A stretch of DNA of 64,000 nucleotides. Origin: a virus (Duplodnaviria; Caudoviricetes). The first letter of the stretch is position 1; every line of letters begins with the position of its first letter. Positions 28,355 to 37,274 of the stretch are shown in pieces. The stretch is from positions 31,011 to 95,010 of the IMG/VR virus record IMGVR_UViG_2931680285_000001. The stretch is one strand, 5' to 3'. Made by a program: the position numbers and the translations under genes. A model generated the notes under the pieces. The model ran no database searches and was not told where the DNA came from. It worked only from the letters and a program-made list of their open reading frames with translations.

Positions 28355-30283
28355 GTGCCGACCGCGCCCGCGCCCCGCGCGCCTGCGTCACGTAAGGGCA
28401 TCTGCCGCGCCATTTTCGCCGTGACCGGAGTCGTCGACGAGGTCGCCGACTTGATCGTTCCGGGAGCTTTCGCGCACACCCTGGCGACCAGACCTGTGAA
28501 AACGGTTTGGCACCACGCGTGGACGGACCCCATCGGCGTGGTTCTGGAGATCACCGAGTGGCGACCGGGCGATGCGCGGTTCGCCTCGATTCCGAACTGG
28601 CCGGCGGAGGCCGGGGCGCTGGTCGCGACCATCCAGTTCAACCTGAGGACCCAGCGGGGCCGCGACGTCTACGAGCAGGTCCGCCAGTGGCACGAGCACG
28701 GCGAAGCCCAGTTCAGCATCGGCTACCGCGTGCCCCCGAGCGGAGCCACGAAGCGGTCGGACGGGGTTCGGGTGATCCACAAGCTCGACCTCTACGAGGT
28801 CTCCCCCGTCCTTCATGGCGCGCACCCGATGACCCGGTCCTTGGAGGTCAAGGCCGATGGTGGCGCCACGGAGTTGGAGCACAAGACGACAGCGGGCGGG
28901 CACCTCGACTTCAAGGCCGCCGAGCGGCAGGTTGGTCGCGGGGCGATGGTCGCGCTGTACGTGCCTGGCGAGATCGCGGGCAGGATCGCCCACCCGGACG
29001 GCACCTTTGCACGGGACCTGCACATCACGCTGGCCTATCTCGGCGACGCCGAGCGGCTTCCCGGCCACCCTGACGACCTCGCCGACCTCGTGGCCGCAGC
29101 CCTTGAAGGCGCGAGCCCCGTGGAGGGGAAGATCGGGGGGATCGGCCGGTTCCCGGACACGGGCGACGGCGAGCCGGTCTTCGTGCCGGTCGACGTGCCG
29201 GGGTTGGCGTCGCTGCGCCAGCGGATCGTGGACGCGATCGAGTCGTCCCCGCTCGCTTCCTCGCTGAACGTCGACCACGACTTCACGCCGCACATCACGC
29301 TCGGGTACGGCCTGCCGCTGGACACCGTGCCCACCCCGTCCATCCCGGTCGCCTTCGACACCGTGCACGTCGTACGAGGACCGGACTCGACTCCCATCCG
29401 CTTGCTCGGCCCTCTCACTGCCGATGCTCACACCGAGCCGACCGTGACAGAGCCACGTTTCGCCTCTCCGGCCCCAGCTGAGGAGAAGTCCGCGCACCAG
29501 GCCGTCCGCCAGGCTCTGGCTGCGCCCCGCTGGGCCCGCGCGAGCGCCCACGCCGCCGTCCTCGAAGCCAAGTCCCGTATCCCCACAGGAGTTCCCGTGT
29601 CGCCTCTCCAGCCTCTTCCCGCCTCCTACGAGGACATCCGCGAGCAGGTCAGCGATGCCGTCCACGGCCTGCTCGCCTCTGAGGACGGCACCTGGTGCTG
29701 CGTCGAGGCGACCTACCCGGACCGGGTCATCGTCTCCGTCCACCAGGGTGACTCGGGCGCTCGAACCTACGCCGTCCCGTACAGCATGTCCGGCACGGAG
29801 ATAGCCCTCGAAACGCCCCAGCCCGTCGCGCTGGCCACCGTGGTGATCCCCGACGAGGGATCGGTACGCCCTGCCGACAGCGCCGAGACAGCCGACAGCC
29901 TCCTCGTCCGCCCCACCCTGCGCGCGCTCGCGGAGGCGACCTCCCGCGTCCAGGCCGCGGACGCCTCTGAGCAACTGGAGCCCGTACGGGCCTCGGTGAG
30001 CAGCCTCCTCAGCGCCCTGTCCGCCAAGGGCCTCGACCTCACCGCCGAGGACGATGAGGAAGGCCCTGTCGGGGAACGGCTCCCCGCCAGCGGCTCGGCA
30101 GCCGTGGCCGGCAACGGCATCGACCTGTGGGACGACCCATACGACGAACCTCACGATGTCGACGAGGACGAGGACGAGTCCGAGAACGGCGACAACGCCG
30201 AGGAAGAGGTCGACGAGATGGGCGCGACCGTTCATCTCGACGCGACAGAGGTAAAGGCGCGCCTGGCCGCGATCCAGCTCTAG
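28355..30283 (+). CDS. HK97-type prohead protease fused to 2H phosphoesterase (2'-5' RNA ligase/Acb1-like) domain and acidic C-terminus
   Basis: VDEVADLIVPGAF, VWHH, PIG, FSIGY, LYEVSPV; two HxT motifs LHITLAYLG (29021) and FTPHITLGY (29291). Confidence 0.85.
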   Translation: MPTAPAPRAPASRKGICRAIFAVTGVVDEVADLIVPGAFAHTLATRPVKTVWHHAWTDPIGVVLEITEWRPGDARFASIPNWPAEAGALVATIQFNLRTQRGRDVYEQVRQWHEHGEAQFSIGYRVPPSGATKRSDGVRVIHKLDLYEVSPVLHGAHPMTRSLEVKADGGATELEHKTTAGGHLDFKAAERQVGRGAMVALYVPGEIAGRIAHPDGTFARDLHITLAYLGDAERLPGHPDDLADLVAAALEGASPVEGKIGGIGRFPDTGDGEPVFVPVDVPGLASLRQRIVDAIESSPLASSLNVDHDFTPHITLGYGLPLDTVPTPSIPVAFDTVHVVRGPDSTPIRLLGPLTADAHTEPTVTEPRFASPAPAEEKSAHQAVRQALAAPRWARASAHAAVLEAKSRIPTGVPVSPLQPLPASYEDIREQVSDAVHGLLASEDGTWCCVEATYPDRVIVSVHQGDSGARTYAVPYSMSGTEIALETPQPVALATVVIPDEGSVRPADSAETADSLLVRPTLRALAEATSRVQAADASEQLEPVRASVSSLLSALSAKGLDLTAEDDEEGPVGERLPASGSAAVAGNGIDLWDDPYDEPHDVDEDEDESENGDNAEEEVDEMGATVHLDATEVKARLAAIQL

Positions 30284-30350
30284 CGCGATCCAGCTCCACG
30301 GTCCCTCGAACCCTCCACTGAAAGGAGTTTCCGCAGGTCAGACCCTTTCG

Positions 30351-30382
30351 ACGCGACATTAGGGGCCTCCTCTCTCTCCAAT
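30351..30382 (+). promoter_or_regulatory. bipartite promoter-like motif copy (weak -10)
   Basis: ACGCGACATTAG-N14-TCCAAT upstream of capsid gene. Confidence 0.5.
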
Positions 30383-30467
30383 ACCCGGCGTTGTCGGGTC
30401 GTCCCGGTGCTGGCCGGGCGAGCGACGCACGTCAACCGCCCCCCAGCACGTGGAGAGAGCAGCCGAG

Positions 30468-31772
30468 ATGGCTGAGAGCAAGTCCCTGATCAACAACCTC
30501 CGCCAGCAGCTCGCCGAGAAGTCGGCGGAGGCCGAACGAATCAGCCGCACCTTCAAGGTCGAGGACAACGGCGGCTTCGTCGTTTCGACCGAGCAGGCCA
30601 CGGCCTTCAAGAAGATCTCCAACGAGGCAATGGAGCTCAAGCAGCTCCTCGCCGACGCGGAGGGTATGAGCGAGGTGAAGCAGTACCTCGACGAGCCCGA
30701 CGGCCCGTCCTCCGCCGGGCAGTTCTACGGCCAGCAGCCCGCGCACGGCGGCATGGAGGGCAAGAGCCTCGGTGACCTGTTCGTCGAGAGCGACGCGTAC
30801 AAGAACGCGGCCCAGGCCGGCTTCCGTGACCGCCCGTATGTGAGGGCGGAGATGGAGGGGAAGTCGATCTTCAGCCTGTCTGGCGGCACCGTCACGCACC
30901 AGACGCTCGGGTCCGCGCAGAACCTCGGGATCGCCGAGCGCGAGTACCGCAAGATGCACATTCGGGATCTCTTCCCGAAGAGCTCCACCAAGCAGTCCGT
31001 CCTCTACGGAGCCCGCGAGACCGGGTGGACCAACAACGCCAAGCAGGTGAAGGAACGTTACGGCGCCGACGGCTCCAGCCCGGCGACCGGAGCGGACACC
31101 GACACCTGGGGCCGCGCACCGCGATCGAAGCTGGCCCTAGTGCCTGTCATGTACCCGATCAGCGAAATTGCCCATCTGCTCGACGCGCATAAGAATATTC
31201 TTTCCGACGAGCCGCGACTGAAGACATTCATTAACTCTCGAATGGTTGAGGGTGTGAAGTATCAGGAGGACTGGGACCTCCTGCACTCTGTCGGTGACGG
31301 CCAGTCCCTGACGGGCATCTTCAACACGCCCGGGGTCCAGCAGTACCGAGGGCTCGCGACCGACAAGTACAGCGTGCAGATACGCCGCAGCATCACCAAG
31401 GCGCTGCTAGCCGAGTACGACCCCACGGGCATCGTCCTGTCTCCGACGATGTGGGAGCACGTGGAGGTGGAGGAGGACGACACGGGCGCTTTCCGCGTCG
31501 CCCTCCAGATCGCGGTCGGCGCGACCAAGCGCGTCTGGAGGCTGGACGTCGTCGAGACGACCGCGATGGCCGACGAGCAGTTCCTCGTGGGCGCCTTCGG
31601 TCTCGGCGCCCAGCTCCACGACCGGGAGTCCGTCTCTGTCACGGTCAGCACCGAGAACGGCGAGAACGTGGAGAAGGGCTTGGTGACGTTCCGAGCGGAC
31701 GAGCGGGTCGCGCTCGAAATCCCTCGCCCGGAGAGCTTCGTGATCGGCACCTGGACCGCTCCCGCCGGCTGA
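30468..31772 (+). CDS. Major capsid protein (HK97 fold)
   Basis: KSLGDLFVES, IRDLFP, IAHLL, GDG..LTGI, RVWRLDVVET, FRADERVALEIPRPESFV. Confidence 0.9.
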   Translation: MAESKSLINNLRQQLAEKSAEAERISRTFKVEDNGGFVVSTEQATAFKKISNEAMELKQLLADAEGMSEVKQYLDEPDGPSSAGQFYGQQPAHGGMEGKSLGDLFVESDAYKNAAQAGFRDRPYVRAEMEGKSIFSLSGGTVTHQTLGSAQNLGIAEREYRKMHIRDLFPKSSTKQSVLYGARETGWTNNAKQVKERYGADGSSPATGADTDTWGRAPRSKLALVPVMYPISEIAHLLDAHKNILSDEPRLKTFINSRMVEGVKYQEDWDLLHSVGDGQSLTGIFNTPGVQQYRGLATDKYSVQIRRSITKALLAEYDPTGIVLSPTMWEHVEVEEDDTGAFRVALQIAVGATKRVWRLDVVETTAMADEQFLVGAFGLGAQLHDRESVSVTVSTENGENVEKGLVTFRADERVALEIPRPESFVIGTWTAPAG

Positions 31773-31784
31773 TCCCACCCGACA

Positions 31785-31820
31785 GAGGGGGCGCCGCACG
31801 GACTTCGTTGGCGCCCCCTC
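31785..31820 (+). terminator. stem-loop after capsid gene
   Basis: GAGGGGGCGCC...GGCGCCCCCTC inverted repeat. Confidence 0.65.
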
Positions 31821-31860
31821 CTCGAACTCGCCCACATCAGCAACTCACAGGGGAACGCGC

Positions 31861-32136
31861 GTGTCGATCACCGCACTTGATGGCCTCGAAGCCGAACTCG
31901 CCGCTCTTCCGCAGGCATCGACTACTCGGAAGGGCCCGCCGTGCACCGTCGGGGCGACCCTGTCCAGCATCGCCCCCGAGACCGCAGAGACGCTGCGCCG
32001 AATACTCGACACCGCCACCGTGACCTCGACCGCCATCGCGGCCGTCCTGAGCCAGCACGGTCCCGCCGTCGCCTCGAACACCGTGGCGCGGCATCGGCGC
32101 CGGGGCCAGCCGAACGGGTGCAGGTGCCCCCGATGA
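31861..32136 (+). CDS. small Cys/His protein, possibly Zn-binding/HTH
   Basis: CTVG...HRRRG..CRC; ATGA-coupled to phosphoesterase. Confidence 0.6.
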   Translation: MSITALDGLEAELAALPQASTTRKGPPCTVGATLSSIAPETAETLRRILDTATVTSTAIAAVLSQHGPAVASNTVARHRRRGQPNGCRCPR

Positions 32137-33380
32137 CCCTCTCGCAGGACCTCACCGCACTGCTCCAGCCGGTCACCTCCGCCCAAGCCCGACCGAGCGA
32201 AGTGCTGCACCCTGCCGCGCCCGCTCCCCGCGGGTGGGAGGCGGGTGTGCGCTACGAGCCCGGCGGCACGATGGTCGTCACCGCCCCGCCGACCGAGCAC
32301 CCTCCCAGCAATGCGGATGACTGGCAGACCCGAGTCGAAGACCTCGGGCTCGCCATCCCGGACGGCTGGCGTGTACGCCTCGTCGAAGCACGTCACGACC
32401 CGGCAGCCTGGCACCGAGACAAGCAGGGAGACGACGCTGTCACCCGGCCCGTATGGAGATGCCGGTACGTAATCGAGCCCGCTTCCCCGTCGTGGATGTC
32501 CGCAGACGATGTCGATGCGCTCGTACGCGATGCGCTTCGCCGTCGCCGGAAGTCCCGTCCGAATGCTGATGCCGGCGAGCGTGCCCTCGTCGTGGTCTAC
32601 GCCGACGCCCAGGCCGGCAAGGTCGGCAAGGATGGCGGAACGCCAGAGCTGGTCCGACGAGTTGCCGACCGACTCGACCGACTCGACGACCACGTCCGCG
32701 ACTTGAAGGCCATCGGCCAGGGACCGACGGCCGCCTACTGGATGGACGCCGGAGACTGCGTCGAGAACTACGAGAACACCGGCCAGCAGGCGTACACCAA
32801 CGACCTGGCCATGACGGAGATGATCCGCGTACACAGACGGATCACCTTCGAGGGCCTGGACCGACTGGCCGGAAGGTTCGACCGGGTGGTGGCCGCTACC
32901 TGTGGCTCCAACCACGGCCGGGTGCGCCGCGGCCGGGAAGCTGTCGGCCCGCCGAGCGACGACTGGGGCATCGAGGTGATGTCGCAGGTCGCCGACGCCT
33001 ACGCCCGCAACGTCGACGCCTTCGGACACGTCTCCTTCGTACTGCCGGAGAAGTGGCGCGAGACCGTGAGCCTGGACGTCGCCGGAACCACGGTCGGGCT
33101 CGCCCACGGGCACCAGTATCCCCGCCCCGACAAGGCCGCCGACTGGTGGCGCTCTCAGTCCTTCGGACGGCAGGCCGTCGCCGACGCCGCCATCCTCGTC
33201 ACCGGCCACTTCCACCACTTCCGGGCTCAGCAACTCGGGTCTGGGCGTCTGTGGATTCAGGCCCCGACGCTCGACAACGGATCCGACTGGTACACGGCCC
33301 GCTCAGGCGAGGTCTCGACCTCCGGGCTCTTGGTATTCAGCGTCGGCCCCACCGGCTGGGACCACCTCCGCCTGCTTTGA
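32133..33380 (+). CDS. Calcineurin-like metallophosphoesterase / nuclease
   Basis: YADAQAGK, AGDCVE, GSNHG, AHGH, TGHFH motifs. Confidence 0.8.
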   Translation: MTLSQDLTALLQPVTSAQARPSEVLHPAAPAPRGWEAGVRYEPGGTMVVTAPPTEHPPSNADDWQTRVEDLGLAIPDGWRVRLVEARHDPAAWHRDKQGDDAVTRPVWRCRYVIEPASPSWMSADDVDALVRDALRRRRKSRPNADAGERALVVVYADAQAGKVGKDGGTPELVRRVADRLDRLDDHVRDLKAIGQGPTAAYWMDAGDCVENYENTGQQAYTNDLAMTEMIRVHRRITFEGLDRLAGRFDRVVAATCGSNHGRVRRGREAVGPPSDDWGIEVMSQVADAYARNVDAFGHVSFVLPEKWRETVSLDVAGTTVGLAHGHQYPRPDKAADWWRSQSFGRQAVADAAILVTGHFHHFRAQQLGSGRLWIQAPTLDNGSDWYTARSGEVSTSGLLVFSVGPTGWDHLRLL

Positions 33381-33392
33381 GCGCCGGGACGG

Positions 33393-33424
33393 ACGCGACT
33401 CAAGGCTCCCTCCCCGCGCACCCT
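33393..33424 (+). promoter_or_regulatory. bipartite promoter-like motif copy
   Basis: ACGCGACTCAAG-N14-CACCCT. Confidence 0.65.
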
Positions 33425-33454
33425 TCTACCCCCACCACCTGAAGGAAGGACCGC

Positions 33455-33919
33455 ATGGGTCTGTATCGCAAGGACGGCAGCCGCATCACCAAGGCGGCTC
33501 TCCCCGTCACACTCCTCGACGACCCGCTCGTCACCGTCACAGCGGACATCTACCAGTCGGAGCCGTACGGGCGAGGAGACATGCAGCCGGAGGGCTCGAA
33601 GCGTTTCCTGCTCTACCCCGCAGGATGCGTCGTGCGGCGTTCCGTACTCGACCGGCTGTTCACCCCCGCCGCGATCTCCAGCATCAGCCCGGCCAAGGGA
33701 CCGGCCACCGGTGGCACCGTCATCACAATCAAGGGCGACGCCCTGGACGGCGTCACTGCCGTCTCCTTCGGAGGTAAGCCCGGTACCGAACTTCGAGTTC
33801 GTTCGGCCACGGAACTCTCGGTGAAGACGCCCAGCGCCACTTCCGGTGCCGTCACCGTCGACCTCGCGGACGACGCCGGCGCCGTATCCAAGGCCAACGC
33901 CTACACCTACGAGGCGTAG
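33455..33919 (+). CDS. IPT/TIG (Ig-like) domain protein, likely virion decoration
   Basis: ISSISPAKGPATGGTVITIKG...VSFGG...YTY. Confidence 0.85.
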   Translation: MGLYRKDGSRITKAALPVTLLDDPLVTVTADIYQSEPYGRGDMQPEGSKRFLLYPAGCVVRRSVLDRLFTPAAISSISPAKGPATGGTVITIKGDALDGVTAVSFGGKPGTELRVRSATELSVKTPSATSGAVTVDLADDAGAVSKANAYTYEA

Positions 33920-33922
33920 CCG

Positions 33923-33946
33923 CCGGGGGCCCGATCGGGCCCCCGG
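33923..33946. terminator. perfect 24-bp palindrome
   Basis: CCGGGGGCCCGATCGGGCCCCCGG directly after stop codon. Confidence 0.6.
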
Positions 33947-33950
33947 TTCC

Positions 33951-33982
33951 ACGCGACACAAGCCAGGCAGAAGCGGCAGGGT
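33951..33982 (+). promoter_or_regulatory. bipartite promoter-like motif copy
   Basis: ACGCGACACAAG-N14-CAGGGT. Confidence 0.7.
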
Positions 33983-34015
33983 GCGCGCGATCGGATCGAC
34001 CGCTTGAGGAGACCC

Positions 34016-34480
34016 ATGGCCACCACCCGCACTCGCAAGACCGCGCCCAAGACGGCTGACGCCAGCCCGACCGGCGACGCGGCCACCAAGCCCGCCACCG
34101 CGCCGGAACCGGCTGCCATCCCGGACGCCGCCCCTCTTGAGCCGCCGCTCGTCGAGGAGGCACCGGAGCCCCCGGCACCGGACCCCTACGTCACCCCGAC
34201 CGAAGTCATCCCCGACGACCAGCACCTAGCGGAGGTCATCCTCGACGACGCGACGGGCCAGCCGCCCGCTGACCTCGACAAGGTCTTCGTGCCGCTCACG
34301 CCCCTCGGGTCCGCGCTCTCGTGCACGATCCGGCTGGTCGAGCAGACGTACCTCGGCCCCCATCGCACCCCCGTCGTACGTCTCCTCCAGCCCAAGGGCG
34401 CCGTGGTCTCCGAGAACATCGCCACCCGCATCCTCAGGCGCCTCGAAGAGCAGGCGGGCAGCACCGTCACGAACGCGTAG
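34016..34480 (+). CDS. hypothetical virion-associated protein
   Basis: GAGGAG RBS; Pro-rich N-terminus. Confidence 0.65.
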   Translation: MATTRTRKTAPKTADASPTGDAATKPATAPEPAAIPDAAPLEPPLVEEAPEPPAPDPYVTPTEVIPDDQHLAEVILDDATGQPPADLDKVFVPLTPLGSALSCTIRLVEQTYLGPHRTPVVRLLQPKGAVVSENIATRILRRLEEQAGSTVTNA

Positions 34481-34489
34481 GCGGCCCGG

Positions 34490-35353
34490 ATGTCGGTCTA
34501 CGACCACAGGCCCCTGTGGGCCGGGGCGCACTGCGACCCGGCCCTCGCCGGGGGAACGGTCAGTCGTCTCGATCTCTACGCCTCCCCGGACCGGTCCGGG
34601 GAGCCCACCGCCTCCGTCTCCCCTGCCGTCCGGCTCCGGACAGGCATCTATCGATTCGTCCTTCCGTCCCTTCCGGCCGGCAGGTATTGGGGAACAGTCA
34701 CCTTCACCCCGAACTCAGCCGCGCGGGCCGTGACCGACACCTCCGTGATGCTCGACCTGCCGACCGGGCAGGGACTCGTGGCATCACCCGAAGCCGTCGC
34801 CGATGCCCTCGGCCTTCCACTGCCGCTGACACCCGCGCAGCGCACGACGTACGAGATGGAGATCCGCGACGCGCAGGCCGACGTATCCGCCTACCTCAAT
34901 CGGCCTATCGTCCCGACGCTGACCACCCTCCGCGGACTCCGTCCTCACGGATCCGGGGACCTGGACGACGCAGCCACGTGGGCACTCGATCTCGACGACA
35001 TCGCCTTGGTCGAGTCCTACCGCGCCGCTCCGGACGGCACGTACGACGTGGACCTCCTCGTCGGGCTTCACGGTGCCCACGAGGAAGCCGTCGTGCGGTA
35101 CGTCGTCGCGCACGCCGCCGAAGCCATCCGGCAGCGCCCCGACAGCAACGGCGCGGCGGGGCGCCGGGTGTCCTCGGTAAGCGCCGAGGGGCAGTCCGTC
35201 TCGTACGAGTCGACGCCGGCCACCGGGCAGGCCGGTGCGCCCCCGGTGATCGGGAGCCTCAACCGGCTTCGCCGTCTGACCTTCCAGCCTGTCCGCCGTC
35301 CAGCTCGCGCCCCGTGGCCGTACTCCTCCAGCCGCACCCGCCCGTGGTTCTGA
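34490..35353 (+). CDS. head-tail adaptor/connector
   Basis: position; ASPEAVADALG, DAQADVSAYL, SVSAEGQSVSY. Confidence 0.65.
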   Translation: MSVYDHRPLWAGAHCDPALAGGTVSRLDLYASPDRSGEPTASVSPAVRLRTGIYRFVLPSLPAGRYWGTVTFTPNSAARAVTDTSVMLDLPTGQGLVASPEAVADALGLPLPLTPAQRTTYEMEIRDAQADVSAYLNRPIVPTLTTLRGLRPHGSGDLDDAATWALDLDDIALVESYRAAPDGTYDVDLLVGLHGAHEEAVVRYVVAHAAEAIRQRPDSNGAAGRRVSSVSAEGQSVSYESTPATGQAGAPPVIGSLNRLRRLTFQPVRRPARAPWPYSSSRTRPWF

Positions 35354-35366
35354 CGAAAGGAGGACC

Positions 35367-35699
35367 GTGGCCGTCGTACTGCCCAACCGGATACTGACCC
35401 TGTGCCCGCTCACCCACCCCTGGGAGCGGGATGCGAACGGTGTCCCCGTCCCACCGAACCCCTATACCGCCCCGGCACCGCGAGGCACGTGGCCCGGCGG
35501 CGCCGCCGAACAGCCCGACGCCGCATGGTCCCTGCGTCTGGACCCTGCTGCCTGGCCGGTAGAGCCCGGCGACATCGTCCGTGACGAGACGGGAACGACG
35601 TGGACCGTGGCGACAGCCCGCCTCCACCGGGTCCCTGGCTGCCCGGCCGTCGACTACGTCCAGGTGAGCGCGACGCTGAACCCGCCGAAGGTGCCCTGA
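35367..35699 (+). CDS. head-tail stopper/closure protein
   Basis: position; DANG near N-terminus, VEPGDIV..G..W.V pattern. Confidence 0.6.
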   Translation: MAVVLPNRILTLCPLTHPWERDANGVPVPPNPYTAPAPRGTWPGGAAEQPDAAWSLRLDPAAWPVEPGDIVRDETGTTWTVATARLHRVPGCPAVDYVQVSATLNPPKVP

Positions 35700-36229
35700 T
35701 GGCGAAGTTCACCGTCAATCCGGCACTCGAAGCCATGCTCGCGCGGATGGTCGCCCCGCACGTGCAGCGCATCGCCTTCCAGGTCGAGATCGAGGCGAAG
35801 CGACTGGCGCCGGCGACGAAGCGATGGATCACGATGGCCGACGATCAGGTGCGCCCGACGCACGCCAAGATGCAAGGCCAGCTCGTACCGGCCAACCTCC
35901 GTTTCTCCGTCCCGTCGATGGACTGGGACCGACAGCACCGAGGAGTGGGCCGTGCCACGTACATGAAGTCGCCGCGCGACCAGACCTCCCGGGCGGTCGC
36001 GAACCTGAAGAACTGCCGCTGCACCGTCTCCCTCGATCCCGAGGGCATCGCGCGGAACATCACTACCGGCCAGCCGGTCATCTCGGGGAAGAAGGTCACC
36101 GTCACCGTGACCGCCCGAACCCCCATGGTGGTCGAAGCCGAGGTCGGAACCGTCTACCCGGATGGCCTGACCGCCGAGGGGACGCACTTCATGGCCCGCG
36201 CTGCCGCCGCCGTCGCCGCCCGAACGTGA
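35699..36229 (+). CDS. neck/tail-completion (HK97 gp10-like) protein with MuF-like insert
   Basis: AKRLAP...EVGT...HFMARA frame; insert KRWITMADDQVRPTH...NCRC. Confidence 0.6.
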   Translation: MAKFTVNPALEAMLARMVAPHVQRIAFQVEIEAKRLAPATKRWITMADDQVRPTHAKMQGQLVPANLRFSVPSMDWDRQHRGVGRATYMKSPRDQTSRAVANLKNCRCTVSLDPEGIARNITTGQPVISGKKVTVTVTARTPMVVEAEVGTVYPDGLTAEGTHFMARAAAAVAART

Positions 36230-36244
36230 GCACCCCGAAGGACC

Positions 36245-36276
36245 ACGCGACGCTAGGTGACTCGACCACCCATGGT
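36245..36276 (+). promoter_or_regulatory. bipartite promoter-like motif copy
   Basis: ACGCGACGCTAG-N14-CATGGT, ATG 7 nt later. Confidence 0.7.
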
Positions 36277-36283
36277 GCGCGCC

Positions 36284-36490
36284 ATGACGACCAAGACCAC
36301 CAAGACCCCGCCCACGAGCCCGGAGGCCGACGCCACGGCCACCGCCACGCAGGCCCGGCCGACTGAGCTGATCACCCTCTCCCACCACTTGAACATCAGC
36401 GGCACCGAGTACCAGCCGGGCTCCCGAATCCGGGTCGACGCCGACTACGCCCGCCGCCTCCGCCGGCAGGGCTACGTAGCCCGCGGCTGA
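36284..36490 (+). CDS. small hypothetical protein
   Basis: YQPGSRIRV...ARRL...GY; TGATG coupling. Confidence 0.6.
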   Translation: MTTKTTKTPPTSPEADATATATQARPTELITLSHHLNISGTEYQPGSRIRVDADYARRLRRQGYVARG

Positions 36491-36912
36491 TGGGCCTCAA
36501 CCTGGCCTCGGCTGACCCCGTCTCGGCACTGCTGCCATGGCTCCAGCAGCACCCGGCGGTGACGGCGGCCCTCAGCGGCCCTGACCGCGTGTCCGGCATT
36601 GCCGAGGCCCCGTGGCCGCACCTGCGTGTGAGCCACGGGCCGGGCGGGGACCTGCGGACTCTGACCTGGGCCACCGAGCCGGAGGTCACGCTGGAGGTGT
36701 ACGGCGACCCGGGCGGATGGCCAGGACAGGCCGAGCTCCGCCGCATCCTGCTCACCTGCGCGATCGCCGCTGCTGAGCTGCCCGAAGCGCCGCACCGCAC
36801 CGGACAGCCTGTCGTCAGCGGCGTTCGTCCGTCCGGAACGCTGGTGTGGTCGCCGCTTGTCGACGGTCAACCGCGATGGGTGATGGGCCTGTTGATCTGC
36901 ATGCACCCTTGA
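36490..36912 (+). CDS. tail terminator-like protein
   Basis: position before major tail gene; PHLRVS..GG, VTLEVYG. Confidence 0.6.
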   Translation: MGLNLASADPVSALLPWLQQHPAVTAALSGPDRVSGIAEAPWPHLRVSHGPGGDLRTLTWATEPEVTLEVYGDPGGWPGQAELRRILLTCAIAAAELPEAPHRTGQPVVSGVRPSGTLVWSPLVDGQPRWVMGLLICMHP

Positions 36913-36980
36913 GAAGGAAGTGACCGTACTGAGGCGCCTCGGCGGGCGGGCTCTGAGGGCCCGCTCGCCGAAGCCGTGGT

Positions 36981-37226
36981 TCAAACCTGCTGCCGGCTGT
37001 CCTCGACAGCCCTTTCAGCCAGGTCGTCGACGGGCGGGGGGACCTCGGGGCCAAAGCTCCGCGCGACCCGGAGGAGGGCACGATGGATCTTCGGGGACCA
37101 GAACGCCCAGGCCAGCTTGCCAAGGGGCGGTCCGAAGATCACCGCGGCAATGCCGAGGACGATGGCGACGGGGCCGCTCTCGGGAACGACATCCATCAGG
37201 GCATGGGGCAGGGTCGGCTTCTGCAT
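36981..37226 (-). CDS. small membrane protein (antisense insert)
   Basis: GGAG RBS; one TM helix. Confidence 0.5.
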   Translation of the reverse strand: MQKPTLPHALMDVVPESGPVAIVLGIAAVIFGPPLGKLAWAFWSPKIHRALLRVARSFGPEVPPPVDDLAERAVEDSRQQV

Positions 37227-37274
37227 GAGTTCTCCGTGGGGTTGGCCTGGGTCAGCCAGCCCCGTGGACGGAGG

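Noticed and set aside
28388-30235. 615-aa minus-strand ORF
   Set aside because: Antisense shadow of the protease gene
32963-32974. Short match (ACTGGGGCATCGA) to the sequence next to the repeats as a self-target
   Set aside because: Too short to distinguish from chance in high-GC DNA
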